From Methanobacteriota archaeon (GTDB taxonomy: Archaea; Thermoplasmatota; Thermoplasmata; RBG-16-68-12), in assembly GCA_005878665.1 (NCBI GenBank), contig VBLR01000114.1, forward strand, positions 3,945-67,944: DNA of 64,000 bases. Direction: 5' to 3'. The number at the start of each line of letters is the position of its first letter. Position 1 is the first letter of the stretch. The position numbers and the translations under genes are program-made. The notes beneath the pieces are model-generated. The model searched no databases. It saw only the letters and a list, made by a program, of their open reading frames with translations, and was not told the DNA's origin. Of the stretch, positions 27,052 through 37,426 are shown one piece after another.

Positions 27052-28367
27052 AGCGCATTCTTCTCGACTCGGGTCTCGACCCCTATGCGCTGTTCGCGGC
27101 CTCGCGCGACGATCACCCTCACGCGTTCATCCTCGAAAGTCTCACGGGCCCTGCGCGGCTGGCGGAACACACGTTCGTCGGCTTCGATCCGGAGATCATC
27201 ATTTCCTATCGGTCCGGTGTCCTGCGATCGAACGGCGAGACGGTCAAGACGAGTCGGCCTCTCGAGGCCTTGCGTTCGATCCTCGAAAAGTATGAGACGC
27301 CGGGCGTCCCGGGGCGCTACATCGGCGGCCTGGTCGGATACGTCTCCTATGAGTTCGTCCGGAACCTCGATTCCGTGCCTGCCCACGCCGACTCACCGTT
27401 CCCCGAGTTCGAGTTCGGCCTTTACCTCGACGGCGTCATCGTGGATCACGTCCACAAGCGATCGGAGTACTTCGCGCATGGCCGGTCCCGGTTCGAAGAT
27501 CTCCCGAAGGCAACAAGGTCGACTTCCGGACTTCGCGCGGATTCACCCAAACCGCAGACGAGCCAAGAGCGGTTCATGGACGCGGTTGAGAAAGCGAGAG
27601 TGGCTGTCCACAACGGCCAAGCCTTTCAGGTCGTCCTGTCTCGCCGAGACTACGGCCGGCTGACCGGGGATCCGCTCGCCTTCTACGAAAGGCTTCGGCG
27701 ACTGAACCCGAGTCCCTACATGTACTACCTCGACTTTGGGGTGCGACGTGTGATCGGCGCGAGCCCGGAGATGCTCCTCCGGGTGGAGGATCGCACCGCG
27801 ACGACGTTCCCGATTGCGGGCACGCGGCCGTTGGGCACAACCCTCCCGGAGACGGAGCGTTTCCGGGCCGAGCTACTAGCGGACGAGAAGGAGCGAGCGG
27901 AGCACTATATGCTCCTCGACTTGGCCCGCAACGACCTCGGGAAGGTGTGTCGTTTTGGGACCGTCAAGGTGCCGCAGCGCATGACGGTGGAGCGGTACAG
28001 CCACGTCCAGCACCTCGTCTCCCGGGTGGAAGGCGAGCTCGCGCCCGGGAACGACGCACTCGACGCGTTTGCGGCGGTGTTCCCGGCCGGGACCGTGAGC
28101 GGCGCGCCGAAGCCTCGGGCGATGGAGATCCTCCATGACCTCGAAGGGACCGCACGCGGCCCTTACGCGGGGGTCGTCGGCTACCTCTCCTTGAACGGAA
28201 ACGTGGATACCGCCATTGCGATCCGGACGCTCTTCGCCGACGGGCCGATGTACTACCTACAGGCGGGTGCCGGGATCGTCGCGGACTCGGATCCGGCGAG
28301 GGAGTGGTTCGAGACGGAGCACAAGCTCGAAGGCTTACGGGCCGCCTTGCGTGAGGCGGTCGAATGA
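27048..28367 (+). CDS. trpE: Anthranilate synthase component I
   Basis: 439 aa with a chorismate-binding C-domain (LLRVE...FPAGTVSGAPK...GPYAGVVGY). ATGA overlap with the upstream stop. Confidence 0.9.
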   Translation: MKRILLDSGLDPYALFAASRDDHPHAFILESLTGPARLAEHTFVGFDPEIIISYRSGVLRSNGETVKTSRPLEALRSILEKYETPGVPGRYIGGLVGYVSYEFVRNLDSVPAHADSPFPEFEFGLYLDGVIVDHVHKRSEYFAHGRSRFEDLPKATRSTSGLRADSPKPQTSQERFMDAVEKARVAVHNGQAFQVVLSRRDYGRLTGDPLAFYERLRRLNPSPYMYYLDFGVRRVIGASPEMLLRVEDRTATTFPIAGTRPLGTTLPETERFRAELLADEKERAEHYMLLDLARNDLGKVCRFGTVKVPQRMTVERYSHVQHLVSRVEGELAPGNDALDAFAAVFPAGTVSGAPKPRAMEILHDLEGTARGPYAGVVGYLSLNGNVDTAIAIRTLFADGPMYYLQAGAGIVADSDPAREWFETEHKLEGLRAALREAVE

Positions 28368-28945
28368 AGGTCCTCATCATCGACAACTACGACTCATTCG
28401 TGTACAACCTGTACCAAGAGATCGGGGAAATCGGCGCGGATCCGGTCGTCTATCGCAACGACGGAATTACATTGAAAGAGGTGCGGCTGCTTGCGCCTGA
28501 TGCGATCGTCCTCTCTCCCGGGCCGGGCCATCCGGCCAACCCACGGGATTTCGGTGTGTGCCGGAACATTCTCGCGGAGTTGAGCCCCACCACCCCGACG
28601 CTGGGCGTCTGTCTCGGCCATCAGGGTATCGGGACGGCGTACGGCGGGAAGGTAGGTCACGCGCTGCGAATCCTGCACGGGAAGACGAGTCTCGTCCGAC
28701 ACGATGGCCGCACGATCTTCGAGGGTCTTCCGAATCCCATCACGGCCGGGCGCTACCATTCGCTCGCGATTGACCGCGGAGCGTTGCCCCAGGAGCTCGA
28801 AGTCAGCGCGACTTCCGACGACGGCGAGATTATGGCCGTGCGGCACCGCCGTTATCCGATTGAAGGCGTCCAATTCCATCCCGAGTCAATCCTCACACCG
28901 GAAGGGCCGGGGCTTCTCCGAAACTTCCTCAAGGAGGCCAAGTGA
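28364..28945 (+). CDS. trpG: Anthranilate synthase component II (glutamine amidotransferase)
   Basis: 193 aa with GATase1 motifs (GVCLGHQ...HPES). Confidence 0.9.
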   Translation: MKVLIIDNYDSFVYNLYQEIGEIGADPVVYRNDGITLKEVRLLAPDAIVLSPGPGHPANPRDFGVCRNILAELSPTTPTLGVCLGHQGIGTAYGGKVGHALRILHGKTSLVRHDGRTIFEGLPNPITAGRYHSLAIDRGALPQELEVSATSDDGEIMAVRHRRYPIEGVQFHPESILTPEGPGLLRNFLKEAK

Positions 28946-29991
28946 TGATTCAGGATGCGATCGGAGACCTCGCGACGGGCGCATCTCTCGGCTTCGAGCG
29001 CGCGTACGCTGCGATGGCGGAGATCATGGATTCGCAGGCGACCCCCGCGCAAATCGGCGCGTTCCTGATGGGACTCCGGATGAAAGGCGAGGGACCCGAT
29101 GAGATTGCGGGCATGGCAACGGCGATGCGGGATCGGTCGGTTCGCATTCGGTCGCGCGAGGACGGGCGCGTTGTCGACCTGTGTGGGACAGGCGGAGCTC
29201 GGTTGACCACGTTCAACGTCTCCACGATAGCAATGTTCGTCGTCGCGGCCGCCGGCGTGAGAGTGGCGAAGCACGGAAATCGAGCGGTCACCAGCCGCTG
29301 CGGGAGCGCGGACTTGCTCGAGGCCCTCGGAGCCCGTGTGGACCTGGAGCCGTCGGAGGTCGAGCGGATTCTCGAGGCCCACGGTCTTTGTTTCATGTTC
29401 GCCCCGAAGTTCCATCCCGCCATGCAGCACGCGATGGGGCCGCGCAGGGAGCTGGGCGTGCGCACCGTCTTCAACATCCTCGGACCCCTGACGAACCCGG
29501 CGGGCGCGAAAGGCCACCTCCTCGGGGTCTTCAGCCCGGATCTAGTGCCGCTCGTGTCAAAGGTGGCCGTCCGCCTCGGGATTGAGCACGCCCTTGTGGT
29601 CCACGGCCAAGCGGGGATGGACGAGATTTGCCTTTGCTGCCCGACGATCGTCGGAGAGGTGGCCGACGGCCGGACGCGGCAATTCCTGCTGAAGCCGGCG
29701 GACTTCGGCTTCGATCGCGCGGACTCGAGGGACTTGGCGGGGGCGGAGCCGGAGACCGCGGCCAAGGAGGCCGTGCGGATTCTGCGAGGCGAACGCGGGC
29801 CGAAGCGAGAGATGCTCCTGGCCAACGCGGCGGGCGGTATCTACGTTTCCGGGAAGGTGGATTCCCTCCCGGAAGCACTCCCCCTTGCGGTGGAGGCCCT
29901 CGACTCGGGGAGGGCGTTCGAAACCTTGCGTACCTTCGTGAAGGCCACCGGAGGAAATTTGTCGAAGGTGGAGGACGATGGACACCCTTGA
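28942..29991 (+). CDS. trpD: Anthranilate phosphoribosyltransferase
   Basis: 349 aa with the GTGGD-like PRPP-binding region (DLCGTGGARLTTFNVST...KHGNRAVTSRCGSADLLEALG). Confidence 0.9.
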   Translation: MMIQDAIGDLATGASLGFERAYAAMAEIMDSQATPAQIGAFLMGLRMKGEGPDEIAGMATAMRDRSVRIRSREDGRVVDLCGTGGARLTTFNVSTIAMFVVAAAGVRVAKHGNRAVTSRCGSADLLEALGARVDLEPSEVERILEAHGLCFMFAPKFHPAMQHAMGPRRELGVRTVFNILGPLTNPAGAKGHLLGVFSPDLVPLVSKVAVRLGIEHALVVHGQAGMDEICLCCPTIVGEVADGRTRQFLLKPADFGFDRADSRDLAGAEPETAAKEAVRILRGERGPKREMLLANAAGGIYVSGKVDSLPEALPLAVEALDSGRAFETLRTFVKATGGNLSKVEDDGHP

Positions 29992-30745
29992 GCGCCTCGT
30001 GGTGAACGCGGAGACCCTTCTCAGGGAAGGCTACTACGACGTGCGAGGCGAAACGCTCCGGAGTCCATCCTTCTTGGGCGCTTTGGCCGCGTCGGCTCGG
30101 TCCTCGGATGTGATTGCGGAAATCAAGTTCGCATCGCCGGGCATGCGGAGCCCGAGAGATGTGGCGGAGTTCGATGCCATCTTGAACGGGATAGTCGCGG
30201 CGAAACCACTCGGGCTCTCCGTCCTCGCAGAGCCCAAGATCTTCGGCGGGAGTATCGACTTCGTATCGCGCGCGGCTCGCACGGGTCTCCCCGTCCTCAT
30301 GAAGGATGTCGTCATCGACTCGAGGCAGATCGATGCCGCGGCACGTTGCGGGGCTTCCGCTCTGTTGCTCATTGAGACGCTCGCGCGCGGGGGGCACTCT
30401 CATCGGCGGATCGACAGGCTCATCGATGAGGCCCATGATCGAAAGGTCGAAGTCGTACTCGAGGTCCACACGCTTGAGGAGTGGGATGCGGCGGTCGAGA
30501 CACCGGCCGATATCCTGGGGGTCAACAATCGCAGCCTTGCGACCCTGGCAATTGACCTGGGGACGACACCACGCATTCTCGGGGAGCGGCGGAAGGATCG
30601 ACCCGTCATCGCCATGAGCGGGATTGAGACGCGAAGGCAGGTGGACACCATGCTCCAAGCCGGGGCCGACGCCGTCCTGGTCGGCACATCGATCATGCAT
30701 CACGATGAGCCCGCGAAAAAGCTCCAGGAGCTGCAGCATGGTTGA
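29978..30745 (+). CDS. trpC: Indole-3-glycerol phosphate synthase
   Basis: 255 aa with the IGPS pattern ([10 protein letters not shown] ... LIETLARGG ... GVNNRSL). Overlaps the trpD stop by 14 nt. Confidence 0.85.
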   Translation: MDTLERLVVNAETLLREGYYDVRGETLRSPSFLGALAASARSSDVIAEIKFASPGMRSPRDVAEFDAILNGIVAAKPLGLSVLAEPKIFGGSIDFVSRAARTGLPVLMKDVVIDSRQIDAAARCGASALLLIETLARGGHSHRRIDRLIDEAHDRKVEVVLEVHTLEEWDAAVETPADILGVNNRSLATLAIDLGTTPRILGERRKDRPVIAMSGIETRRQVDTMLQAGADAVLVGTSIMHHDEPAKKLQELQHG

Positions 30746-31937
30746 CGCGTACATCGTCCGGAAGAGAGGATACTTCGGACAATTCGGGGGGCAGTACGTG
30801 CCGGAGACGCTCATGCCCGCGTTGCACGAGCTCGAGGCGGCGTACGAGGAGGCAAAAGAGGATCCGGCGTTCCTGGAGGAACTCGAATCGTACTATCGAC
30901 ACTACGGCGGACGCCCGACGCCCCTCTACCTCGCCCGACGCCTGACGGACCACATCGGAGGGGCGCAGATCTATCTGAAGCGGGAAGACCTCTGCCATGG
31001 CGGAGCCCACAAGTTCAACAACGTCATGGGCCAGGCCCTCCTCGCCCGTCGCATGGGGAAGAAGCGCGTGATCGCAGAGACGGGCGCGGGCCAGCATGGC
31101 GTCGCCACCGCGATGGTCGGGGCAGTCCTCGGTCTGCCCGTCGAGGTGTACATGGGCGCCGCCGACATGCAACGACAATCCCTCAATGTATTTCGGATGA
31201 GGCTCCTCGGCGCGACCGTGCACCGCGTCGAACAAGGTAGCCGGACGCTGAAGGACGCCATTAACGAGGCGCTGCGGGATTGGGTGACGAACGTCGAGAA
31301 CACGTACTACCTCCTCGGAAGCGTCGTGGGCCCGCATCCGTATCCGACAATCGTGCGAGACTTTCAGAGTGTCATCGGCCGAGAGATCCGAGAGCAGAGC
31401 CTCGAACGCAACGGCCGACTTCCCGACCTTCTCGTCGCGTGCGTCGGCGGCGGAAGCAACGCGATGGGGACGTTCGCGCCTTTCCTCGATGATGAACGAG
31501 TCGAGCTGCTCGGTGTCGAGGCAGGCGGCCGTGGAATGTCGCCGGGGGAACATTCGGCCTCTCTGACGGGGGGCCGCCCCGGGGTCTTACACGGAGCCCG
31601 ATCGTACGTCCTTCAGGACGACGACGGGCAAGTGCTTGAGACACATAGCATCTCCGCGGGCCTCGACTACCCCGGCGTCGGCCCGCAGCTATCCGCGTTG
31701 AAAGATATAAAGCGCGCGTCCTTTGTGGCGGTCACCGACAAACAGGCTCTCGAGGGGTTCCACGCCCTCGCGACGTATGAGGGAATCCTACCTGCGCTCG
31801 AGCCCGCTCACGCCGTGTTCGTAGCGATGCAGAAGGCGCGGGAGATGAAGCGCGACGAAGTCGTTGTCGTCACGGTCTCCGGTCGAGGGGACAAGGACAT
31901 GGCCACGGTGGCCGATTCGATGGGAGTGAAAGTCTGA
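30738..31937 (+). CDS. trpB: Tryptophan synthase beta chain
   Basis: The conserved N-terminus ([16 protein letters not shown]) and PLP-lysine region begin at ATG 30738. The upstream part of the track ORF overlaps trpC. Confidence 0.9.
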   Translation: MVDAYIVRKRGYFGQFGGQYVPETLMPALHELEAAYEEAKEDPAFLEELESYYRHYGGRPTPLYLARRLTDHIGGAQIYLKREDLCHGGAHKFNNVMGQALLARRMGKKRVIAETGAGQHGVATAMVGAVLGLPVEVYMGAADMQRQSLNVFRMRLLGATVHRVEQGSRTLKDAINEALRDWVTNVENTYYLLGSVVGPHPYPTIVRDFQSVIGREIREQSLERNGRLPDLLVACVGGGSNAMGTFAPFLDDERVELLGVEAGGRGMSPGEHSASLTGGRPGVLHGARSYVLQDDDGQVLETHSISAGLDYPGVGPQLSALKDIKRASFVAVTDKQALEGFHALATYEGILPALEPAHAVFVAMQKAREMKRDEVVVVTVSGRGDKDMATVADSMGVKV

Positions 31938-32758
31938 GCCGCATCTCGAACGCATTCCGCCGCGCCGCGGCGGAGAGTCGCGCCGCCTTCGTCGTCTACC
32001 TGATGGCCGGCGACCCTGACCTCCGGATGACGGAATCGCTCGCAACGGCCTGCGAAGCGGGAGGGGCGGATCTCCTAGAGCTCGGCATCCCCTTCTCCGA
32101 CCCCATCGCCGATGGTCCCGAGATTCAGGAGGCTGGGCAACGGGCTCTTCGTGCCGGGACGCGTCCGCGCGACGTCATCGGCCTGGCGGCGCGCATCCGT
32201 CAAGAGACGGAGATCCCGCTCGTCCTCATGACATACATGAACCCGGTCCTCGCGATGGGTCTTCCGACGTTCGCCGAACGAGCCGCGAGCGCGGGGGTCG
32301 ACGGGGTCGTCGTCCCAGACCTTTCTCTTGAGGCCTCGCCCGAGATCCGAGAGCCGCTCGACGCGCACGGCGTCGACATGATTCAGCTCGTCGCGCCGTC
32401 CACCCCGCCCACGAGGGCTGCTGCGATCGCGGACGCCTCCCGCGGGTTCCTGTACGTCGTCGCAAGGTACGGGACCACGGGTGCGCGATCGAGCCTGCCG
32501 GAGGACCTGAGGGGTCGAATTGCCGCCCTTCACCGGGTTTCGTCCCTCCCTCTCGGTGTGGGCTTCGGAGTAACGACTGGTGCTCATGTCCGAGCGGTTG
32601 CGGCCGCTGGTGCGGACGGGGTCGTCGTCGGGAGTTCGATTGTACGTCGTGCGGCAGAGCGCCGCGATCCGGAGGATCTCCGAAAATTCGTCGCCGAACT
32701 CGCTACGGGACTTGCCGTCGAGCGGACGACCTCCTCCATTTCTTCGAGCAAACGATAG
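31934..32758 (+). CDS. trpA: Tryptophan synthase alpha chain
   Basis: The conserved N-terminus (...[23 protein letters not shown]) extends ~23 codons upstream of the first ATG (32003) with no in-frame ATG/GTG/TTG. The 5' end is placed at the CTG overlapping the trpB stop (CTGA), so the start is tentative. Confidence 0.75.
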   Translation: MSRISNAFRRAAAESRAAFVVYLMAGDPDLRMTESLATACEAGGADLLELGIPFSDPIADGPEIQEAGQRALRAGTRPRDVIGLAARIRQETEIPLVLMTYMNPVLAMGLPTFAERAASAGVDGVVVPDLSLEASPEIREPLDAHGVDMIQLVAPSTPPTRAAAIADASRGFLYVVARYGTTGARSSLPEDLRGRIAALHRVSSLPLGVGFGVTTGAHVRAVAAAGADGVVVGSSIVRRAAERRDPEDLRKFVAELATGLAVERTTSSISSSKR

Positions 32759-32926
32759 GTGAGTTCGATCCCTCCGGGGGCCGACGCACCAGGCCGAGTG
32801 CGAGGTCTTGTTGGTGACGCCGTTCAATTCGACGGCCTTGGTCGCTGCTCCTCGGATTCCGGCCGCCGTCGGCGGTGAAGATGTCTTTGTGAGAGAAGAG
32901 AGAGCGCCAACCGATTTGCGCGCGAC

Positions 32927-33340
32927 TCAGTGCGTGTGCGCATGACCCTGGTGGGATTCGTGCTGGTCAGGAGCTTCCTCGCCTTTCGGGTTGAAGCTCT
33001 GGCCGCATCCGCAGGTCGACCAGTTGTTCGGGTTGCTCACGAGGAAGCCGCTGCCTGCGACGCTCTCCGCGTAGTCCACGTTCGAGCCGTCGAGGTATTC
33101 CTTGCTGTTGCCGTCGACGAGGACCTTGAGCCCGTGGACTTGGACGACCTCATCGTCCTCGTGGATCTTCCGGTCGAGCGCGAGACCATAGCGGAAGCCG
33201 GAGCAGCCGCCGCCCGCGACATACATACGGAGATACGTGTCTTCGAGAGAGCCCAACGCTTGGCCGGTCTCCGGATCGGACCTCTGGATGAGCTCCTTGA
33301 CCTTGTTCGCTGCGGTTTCGGTCAGGGTGACCTGGATCAT
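32927..33340 (-). CDS. HesB/IscA-family iron-sulfur cluster insertion protein with His-rich C-terminal tail
   Basis: Begins MIQVTLTETAANKVKEL and carries the conserved CSGF...CGCG motifs. Confidence 0.8.
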   Translation of the reverse strand: MIQVTLTETAANKVKELIQRSDPETGQALGSLEDTYLRMYVAGGGCSGFRYGLALDRKIHEDDEVVQVHGLKVLVDGNSKEYLDGSNVDYAESVAGSGFLVSNPNNWSTCGCGQSFNPKGEEAPDQHESHQGHAHTH

Positions 33341-33426
33341 TGCACTACCCCGCATCCTCCGAACACGATGACGCCGTTATTTAACCCTTTGGTGGTTAGT
33401 TGCGCGACTCCGAGGATCAGGGGTGG

Positions 33427-33969
33427 TCATTCGAGCGATTTTCCCATATACCGGCGTTCCGCCCGGAATCCCAGGCTCTCGTAGACGTGGCGGGCGCGGG
33501 CGTTCGTCTCGGAAACTTCGAGCTTGATTTTTCGATACCCTCGCTGCCGAGCCCAGTCGCTCGCCCACTCGACGAGGAATTTCCCGACGCCCTTCCCGCG
33601 CCGATCCGGGGCGACCCAGACATCGTAGATGAAACCCTGGGCCTCCGGGGTGATGAAACCGCCCTCGCCGAGGATCACATACCCGAGGAGCTCGTGGTCC
33701 GCCGTCTCGGCGATCCAACGCTCCGTTCGGTCCCCTGCCATGTACGGTTCGATTTTCTTTCGGAAATGGGCTTCCCACTTGTCGCGATTCAGACGGGCAC
33801 GTTCGTCCGCGGGGATGTCGTCCCAGACCGTCTGAAGGGTGGCTCGCCACATGACGTCGTCGTCCGCTCGTCGGGCCCGGCGCATACGGACGTCCATGGT
33901 ACGCCCCGTCGCGACACGGTATCTCGGTCCATGAACATGTCGGCCTCTCATGAGAAACGCATGACACAA
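33427..33969 (-). CDS. GNAT family N-acetyltransferase
   Basis: Acetyl-CoA-binding motif (VWVAPDRRGKGVGKFLVEWA). The start may be Met 33969 (leaderless from a shared TATA) or an internal Met ~33900. Confidence 0.65.
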   Translation of the reverse strand: MCHAFLMRGRHVHGPRYRVATGRTMDVRMRRARRADDDVMWRATLQTVWDDIPADERARLNRDKWEAHFRKKIEPYMAGDRTERWIAETADHELLGYVILGEGGFITPEAQGFIYDVWVAPDRRGKGVGKFLVEWASDWARQRGYRKIKLEVSETNARARHVYESLGFRAERRYMGKSLE

Positions 33970-33988
33970 AAATTCGAACGGTCATCAT

Positions 33989-34001
33989 TCAGTGCCCAGC
34001 T
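33989..34001. promoter_or_regulatory. Bidirectional TATA-like box (GCTTTTATATGAC) between divergent GNAT and TPR genes
   Basis: The TPR gene's GTG start at 34032 lies ~30 nt downstream. The GNAT start at 33969 lies ~25 nt upstream on the other strand. Confidence 0.4.
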
Positions 34002-34031
34002 TTTATATGACCCTCGGCCGTTGTTGCGGCT

Positions 34032-36512
34032 GTGCTCCCCTCGCGCTGCGCTCGATGCGGCGCCGTGAGTCGCGATTTTCTGTGCGCGTCATGCCTCGAT
34101 TTTCTCGTCGCCGATCGCCCGCTGTGGTTGAATCCCGGGCTCCTCCCCGGGCCGTCGCTCATGGATCTCACCCGCGCGAACGACGTCGCGATCGTCGCGG
34201 CCGACCTCTCCGAAATCGAATGGCGCCGGCCTACGCGCGAACCGACGGCTGCGGAAGCGGTCCGACTCGTGCGGCTGCTCCACCTCGATTCGGACGAGAC
34301 AGCAATCGTGAGCGTTGGCGACGCCGAAGTCCTTCACAGCTTCCTGCGCGACGCTCGTCGTTCAACGCCAACGAATGTCGAGGAACGAAGGGCCCTCGCG
34401 GCCGTTTGTCGGTATCTGCAGTCACGGGATTGGATGCCTTCCCACTTGGCGGCTGAATACGGACTTCGAGCGAAGGTACTCGAGCCGCCGAAAGGAACTG
34501 CGTCGAAGCCGGTGGCGGTCCGGCAGGAAGTCTCGGAACCACCGACCCCGATTGAACCGCCTCTGCCCGAGGTTTCTGTGGAACCGGACGTCCCCGAAGC
34601 ACCGCCCGAGTCCGCCTTCGAGGATTTGGAGGACCTCGACCTACCCGAGGAGGACGTGCCCTTGCTCGAGGCTCAGCCGGTCCCGCCGGACCCCATCCCG
34701 CGTCCAGAGCCGCCGCTTCCTCTTCCCCAACCCGAGCCCGCGCCCGGTCCCGTGCCGGAACCAGAACCGGAGCCCGGCCCGGAACCGGAGGAGGGATTCC
34801 CCGACCTAACCCACCGTGCGGAACTTGAGGAATCTCGCCGGACCCTGCAGAAAGAACGAGCGGATGCCGAAGCGTACGTCCAATCCCGGACGCAGGAATT
34901 CCTCTCGAAGGAGGAGCGGCTCTTCGCCCGCGAACGGGCCGTCGCATCGAAGGAGGAAGAAATCGAGGCCCGTGCCCGGACGGCGACGGAGCGCCTCGTC
35001 GCGTTGGAGAAGGACTCGGCCCGGCGCGAAGTGTTGCGGTTCCTCGGCGCGATCCCGGGCATGTCCACAGCCCAGGCGGATGTGATTGCGACCGCGTTCC
35101 CCGACATCGCCTCGTTGACCGCCGCAGACGAGAAAGCTCTGACCCAGTGCAAAGGTGTGACCGGCGCGTTAGCCCACGCAATTCGACTCGAGCTTGCGCC
35201 TGGCGAGCTCGAAGACGAACGACGTTCGAGCCGACTTCGGGAGGAAGCCCAGGCGTTCATCGAAGAAGGCGAATACGACGCCGCGCTGGAATGCTACGAC
35301 CGCCTGCTCCGATCCCGGCCGGAGGAGACGAGCGTCTGGTTCGACCGGGCCGAGCTCCTCGTCCTCCTCGACCGCCCCGAAGAAGCCCTCCAGTGCTACA
35401 CGCGGATCCTCGATTTCGATCCAGCGAATCGCCAAGCGTCATACGAGCGTGCGAATCTCCTCTTTGGGCTTGGCCGGCTCTCGGTCGCGGTCGACGCGCT
35501 GCGCGATGCGCTCCGCCTCGAGCCGTCGAAATCTCGAGAGGTCGTGCAGAAGGCGGAACAACTGCGGAGAGACGGCCATCCGAACGAGGCCGTCCTTCTG
35601 TTTCGCGCCATCCTCGAGATCGCTCCGGACGACCCGCGGGCCATCCTGGGCCTCGGAGACACGCTGATCGACCTCGGGGATTCGGACGCCGCGGAGGCCC
35701 AGTTCGCGCGAGCGCTCGGGAGGGACCCGCAAAACGCACCCATCCTCTTCCGGAAGGGCGCGCTCCTTGAGCGGAAAGGCCGTTGGGGTGCGGCCGTCCA
35801 ATACTACAACCGCGCCATCGCCCTTCGATGGAATTATCCGGAACCATGGCTCGCGAAAGGCGATATCCTCCTGAATCACGCTCGCCCAAGAGAGGCCCTC
35901 GAGTCGTTCGAGAAGGTGGCTTCCTTCGACCCGCAGCGGATCGAGGCGTGGGCCGGAGCCGCCCGAGCCCATGCCGCGTTGGGCCAGGCGGACGAAGCGG
36001 AGGCGGCCCTTGCGAACGGGGCGCGTTTCGGAGCCGACCATCCCGCGGTCCTCGTCGCACGGGAAGCGATTGCGCAGATTACCGGCGCGCGGCCCGCGGC
36101 CTCGGAGCCCTTGGAGCCGATCACCGATCTTCCATCGCTCGCGAAGGCGTTCGAGGCGATCGAGGAAGAGGTCGAGGCCCCCGAATCGAGCGTCCCACCC
36201 GATTTTCAGTCATTCGTCGAATCGATTGAGCCAGAGAAAGAGGACACCCATGTCCTCTTGCAACTCGCGGAGCTGGCGATCGAAGGCGGGGATCCACAGA
36301 TGGGTCTCCTCCGGTACGAGCAGGCGATTGAGCGGGAGCCCCGCAATGCCGACGCATGGACCGGGAAAGGCGTCGCCCTGCAGCAGCTCGAGCGATTCCG
36401 GGAAGCCCTCGAGGCGTACGACCGCGCGCTCTCCTTGAAGCCGAACCACGAGCTAGCGCGGAAGTGGCGCGAGTCGTGCGCCCGGCACGTGCCGTCGGAG
36501 GCGAACGAGTGA
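34032..36512 (+). CDS. Large multidomain protein: N-terminal zinc ribbon, acidic Pro/Glu-rich linker, coiled coil, HhH motif, many TPR repeats
   Basis: 826 aa. The N-terminus has CxxC...CxxC (CARCG...CASC). A low-complexity EPxP linker spans ~aa 170-260. An HhH motif (IPGMSTAQADVIATAFPDIASLTAADEKALTQCKGV) follows. The C-terminal ~450 aa are TPR-like (W/LG/Y/A/F/AP pattern). Confidence 0.65.
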   Translation: MLPSRCARCGAVSRDFLCASCLDFLVADRPLWLNPGLLPGPSLMDLTRANDVAIVAADLSEIEWRRPTREPTAAEAVRLVRLLHLDSDETAIVSVGDAEVLHSFLRDARRSTPTNVEERRALAAVCRYLQSRDWMPSHLAAEYGLRAKVLEPPKGTASKPVAVRQEVSEPPTPIEPPLPEVSVEPDVPEAPPESAFEDLEDLDLPEEDVPLLEAQPVPPDPIPRPEPPLPLPQPEPAPGPVPEPEPEPGPEPEEGFPDLTHRAELEESRRTLQKERADAEAYVQSRTQEFLSKEERLFARERAVASKEEEIEARARTATERLVALEKDSARREVLRFLGAIPGMSTAQADVIATAFPDIASLTAADEKALTQCKGVTGALAHAIRLELAPGELEDERRSSRLREEAQAFIEEGEYDAALECYDRLLRSRPEETSVWFDRAELLVLLDRPEEALQCYTRILDFDPANRQASYERANLLFGLGRLSVAVDALRDALRLEPSKSREVVQKAEQLRRDGHPNEAVLLFRAILEIAPDDPRAILGLGDTLIDLGDSDAAEAQFARALGRDPQNAPILFRKGALLERKGRWGAAVQYYNRAIALRWNYPEPWLAKGDILLNHARPREALESFEKVASFDPQRIEAWAGAARAHAALGQADEAEAALANGARFGADHPAVLVAREAIAQITGARPAASEPLEPITDLPSLAKAFEAIEEEVEAPESSVPPDFQSFVESIEPEKEDTHVLLQLAELAIEGGDPQMGLLRYEQAIEREPRNADAWTGKGVALQQLERFREALEAYDRALSLKPNHELARKWRESCARHVPSEANE

Positions 36513-37426
36513 TGCTGGCGCCAGACACCGCACGGCGGTTTCTCCCGAGCGTCGATCGCCTCGAGTCCGCGATGCACGCCGCGCGACGCGCCTTTGACCA
36601 GGGGGACACGGACGGTGCCCTCGGCCAACTCGGAGTCGCCCTCAAGCTCAAGCCGGAATACGACGCGGCGTGGATCCTCAAAGGTCACGTCCTGCAGAAG
36701 GCGGGGGAACTGGAAGCCGCCCTGGACTCGTTCATGCAGTCGCTGAAATGCAACGGGGACTCGAAGGAAGGCTGGATGGGCCTCGCCTCCGTGTTGCACG
36801 GGCTCGGTCGACTGAAGGAGGAGGCGGAAGCGTACGATCGGCTGTTGGCCTTCGACCCGCGGTCGCTCGAAGCGTGGATCGACAAGGGCGCCGTCCTCCA
36901 TGAGTTGGAAGACTACCCCGCGGCCATCCTTTGCTATGAGGAAGTCCTCGCGCTCCGACCGGAGTTCGCGACGGCATGGAACAACAAGGGCGCGGCGTTG
37001 CTCCGTCTCGGCCGTGAGGCCGAGGCCGCTCGATGCTTCGAGGAGGCCCTGCGCCTCGATCCCGATTGCGTCGATGCGATGGCGAACCGGACGTACCTCT
37101 GCGAAAAGCAGGGGTACCACGGGGAGGCAATCCTCTGGGCGGACCGCGCGCTGCGAATTCGGGAGGCGCCGGGGCTCTGGTACGCGAAAGGCCGCGCTCA
37201 CCTCGGGCTGCTCGAGTCCACGCTAGCGATTCGCTCGTTCGACCGCGCGCTCGCGCTTGACTCGACTCTCAAGGAGGCGAAAGCGGAGCTCCGACGCGCG
37301 AAAGCGATGCGGGGGAAGTCCGACTTCTACCGCGGCGCGTACGAGTGTTTCGGCACCCATCTCGCAGGCGACCCTGGCTGCGAGGAATGCGAGATTCGCC
37401 CGCGATGTCGCGAGGTGACTCCGTGA
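36512..37426 (+). CDS. TPR repeat protein
   Basis: 304 aa of tandem TPR motifs. Its ATG overlaps the upstream stop by 1 nt (TGATG). Confidence 0.65.
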   Translation: MLAPDTARRFLPSVDRLESAMHAARRAFDQGDTDGALGQLGVALKLKPEYDAAWILKGHVLQKAGELEAALDSFMQSLKCNGDSKEGWMGLASVLHGLGRLKEEAEAYDRLLAFDPRSLEAWIDKGAVLHELEDYPAAILCYEEVLALRPEFATAWNNKGAALLRLGREAEAARCFEEALRLDPDCVDAMANRTYLCEKQGYHGEAILWADRALRIREAPGLWYAKGRAHLGLLESTLAIRSFDRALALDSTLKEAKAELRRAKAMRGKSDFYRGAYECFGTHLAGDPGCEECEIRPRCREVTP

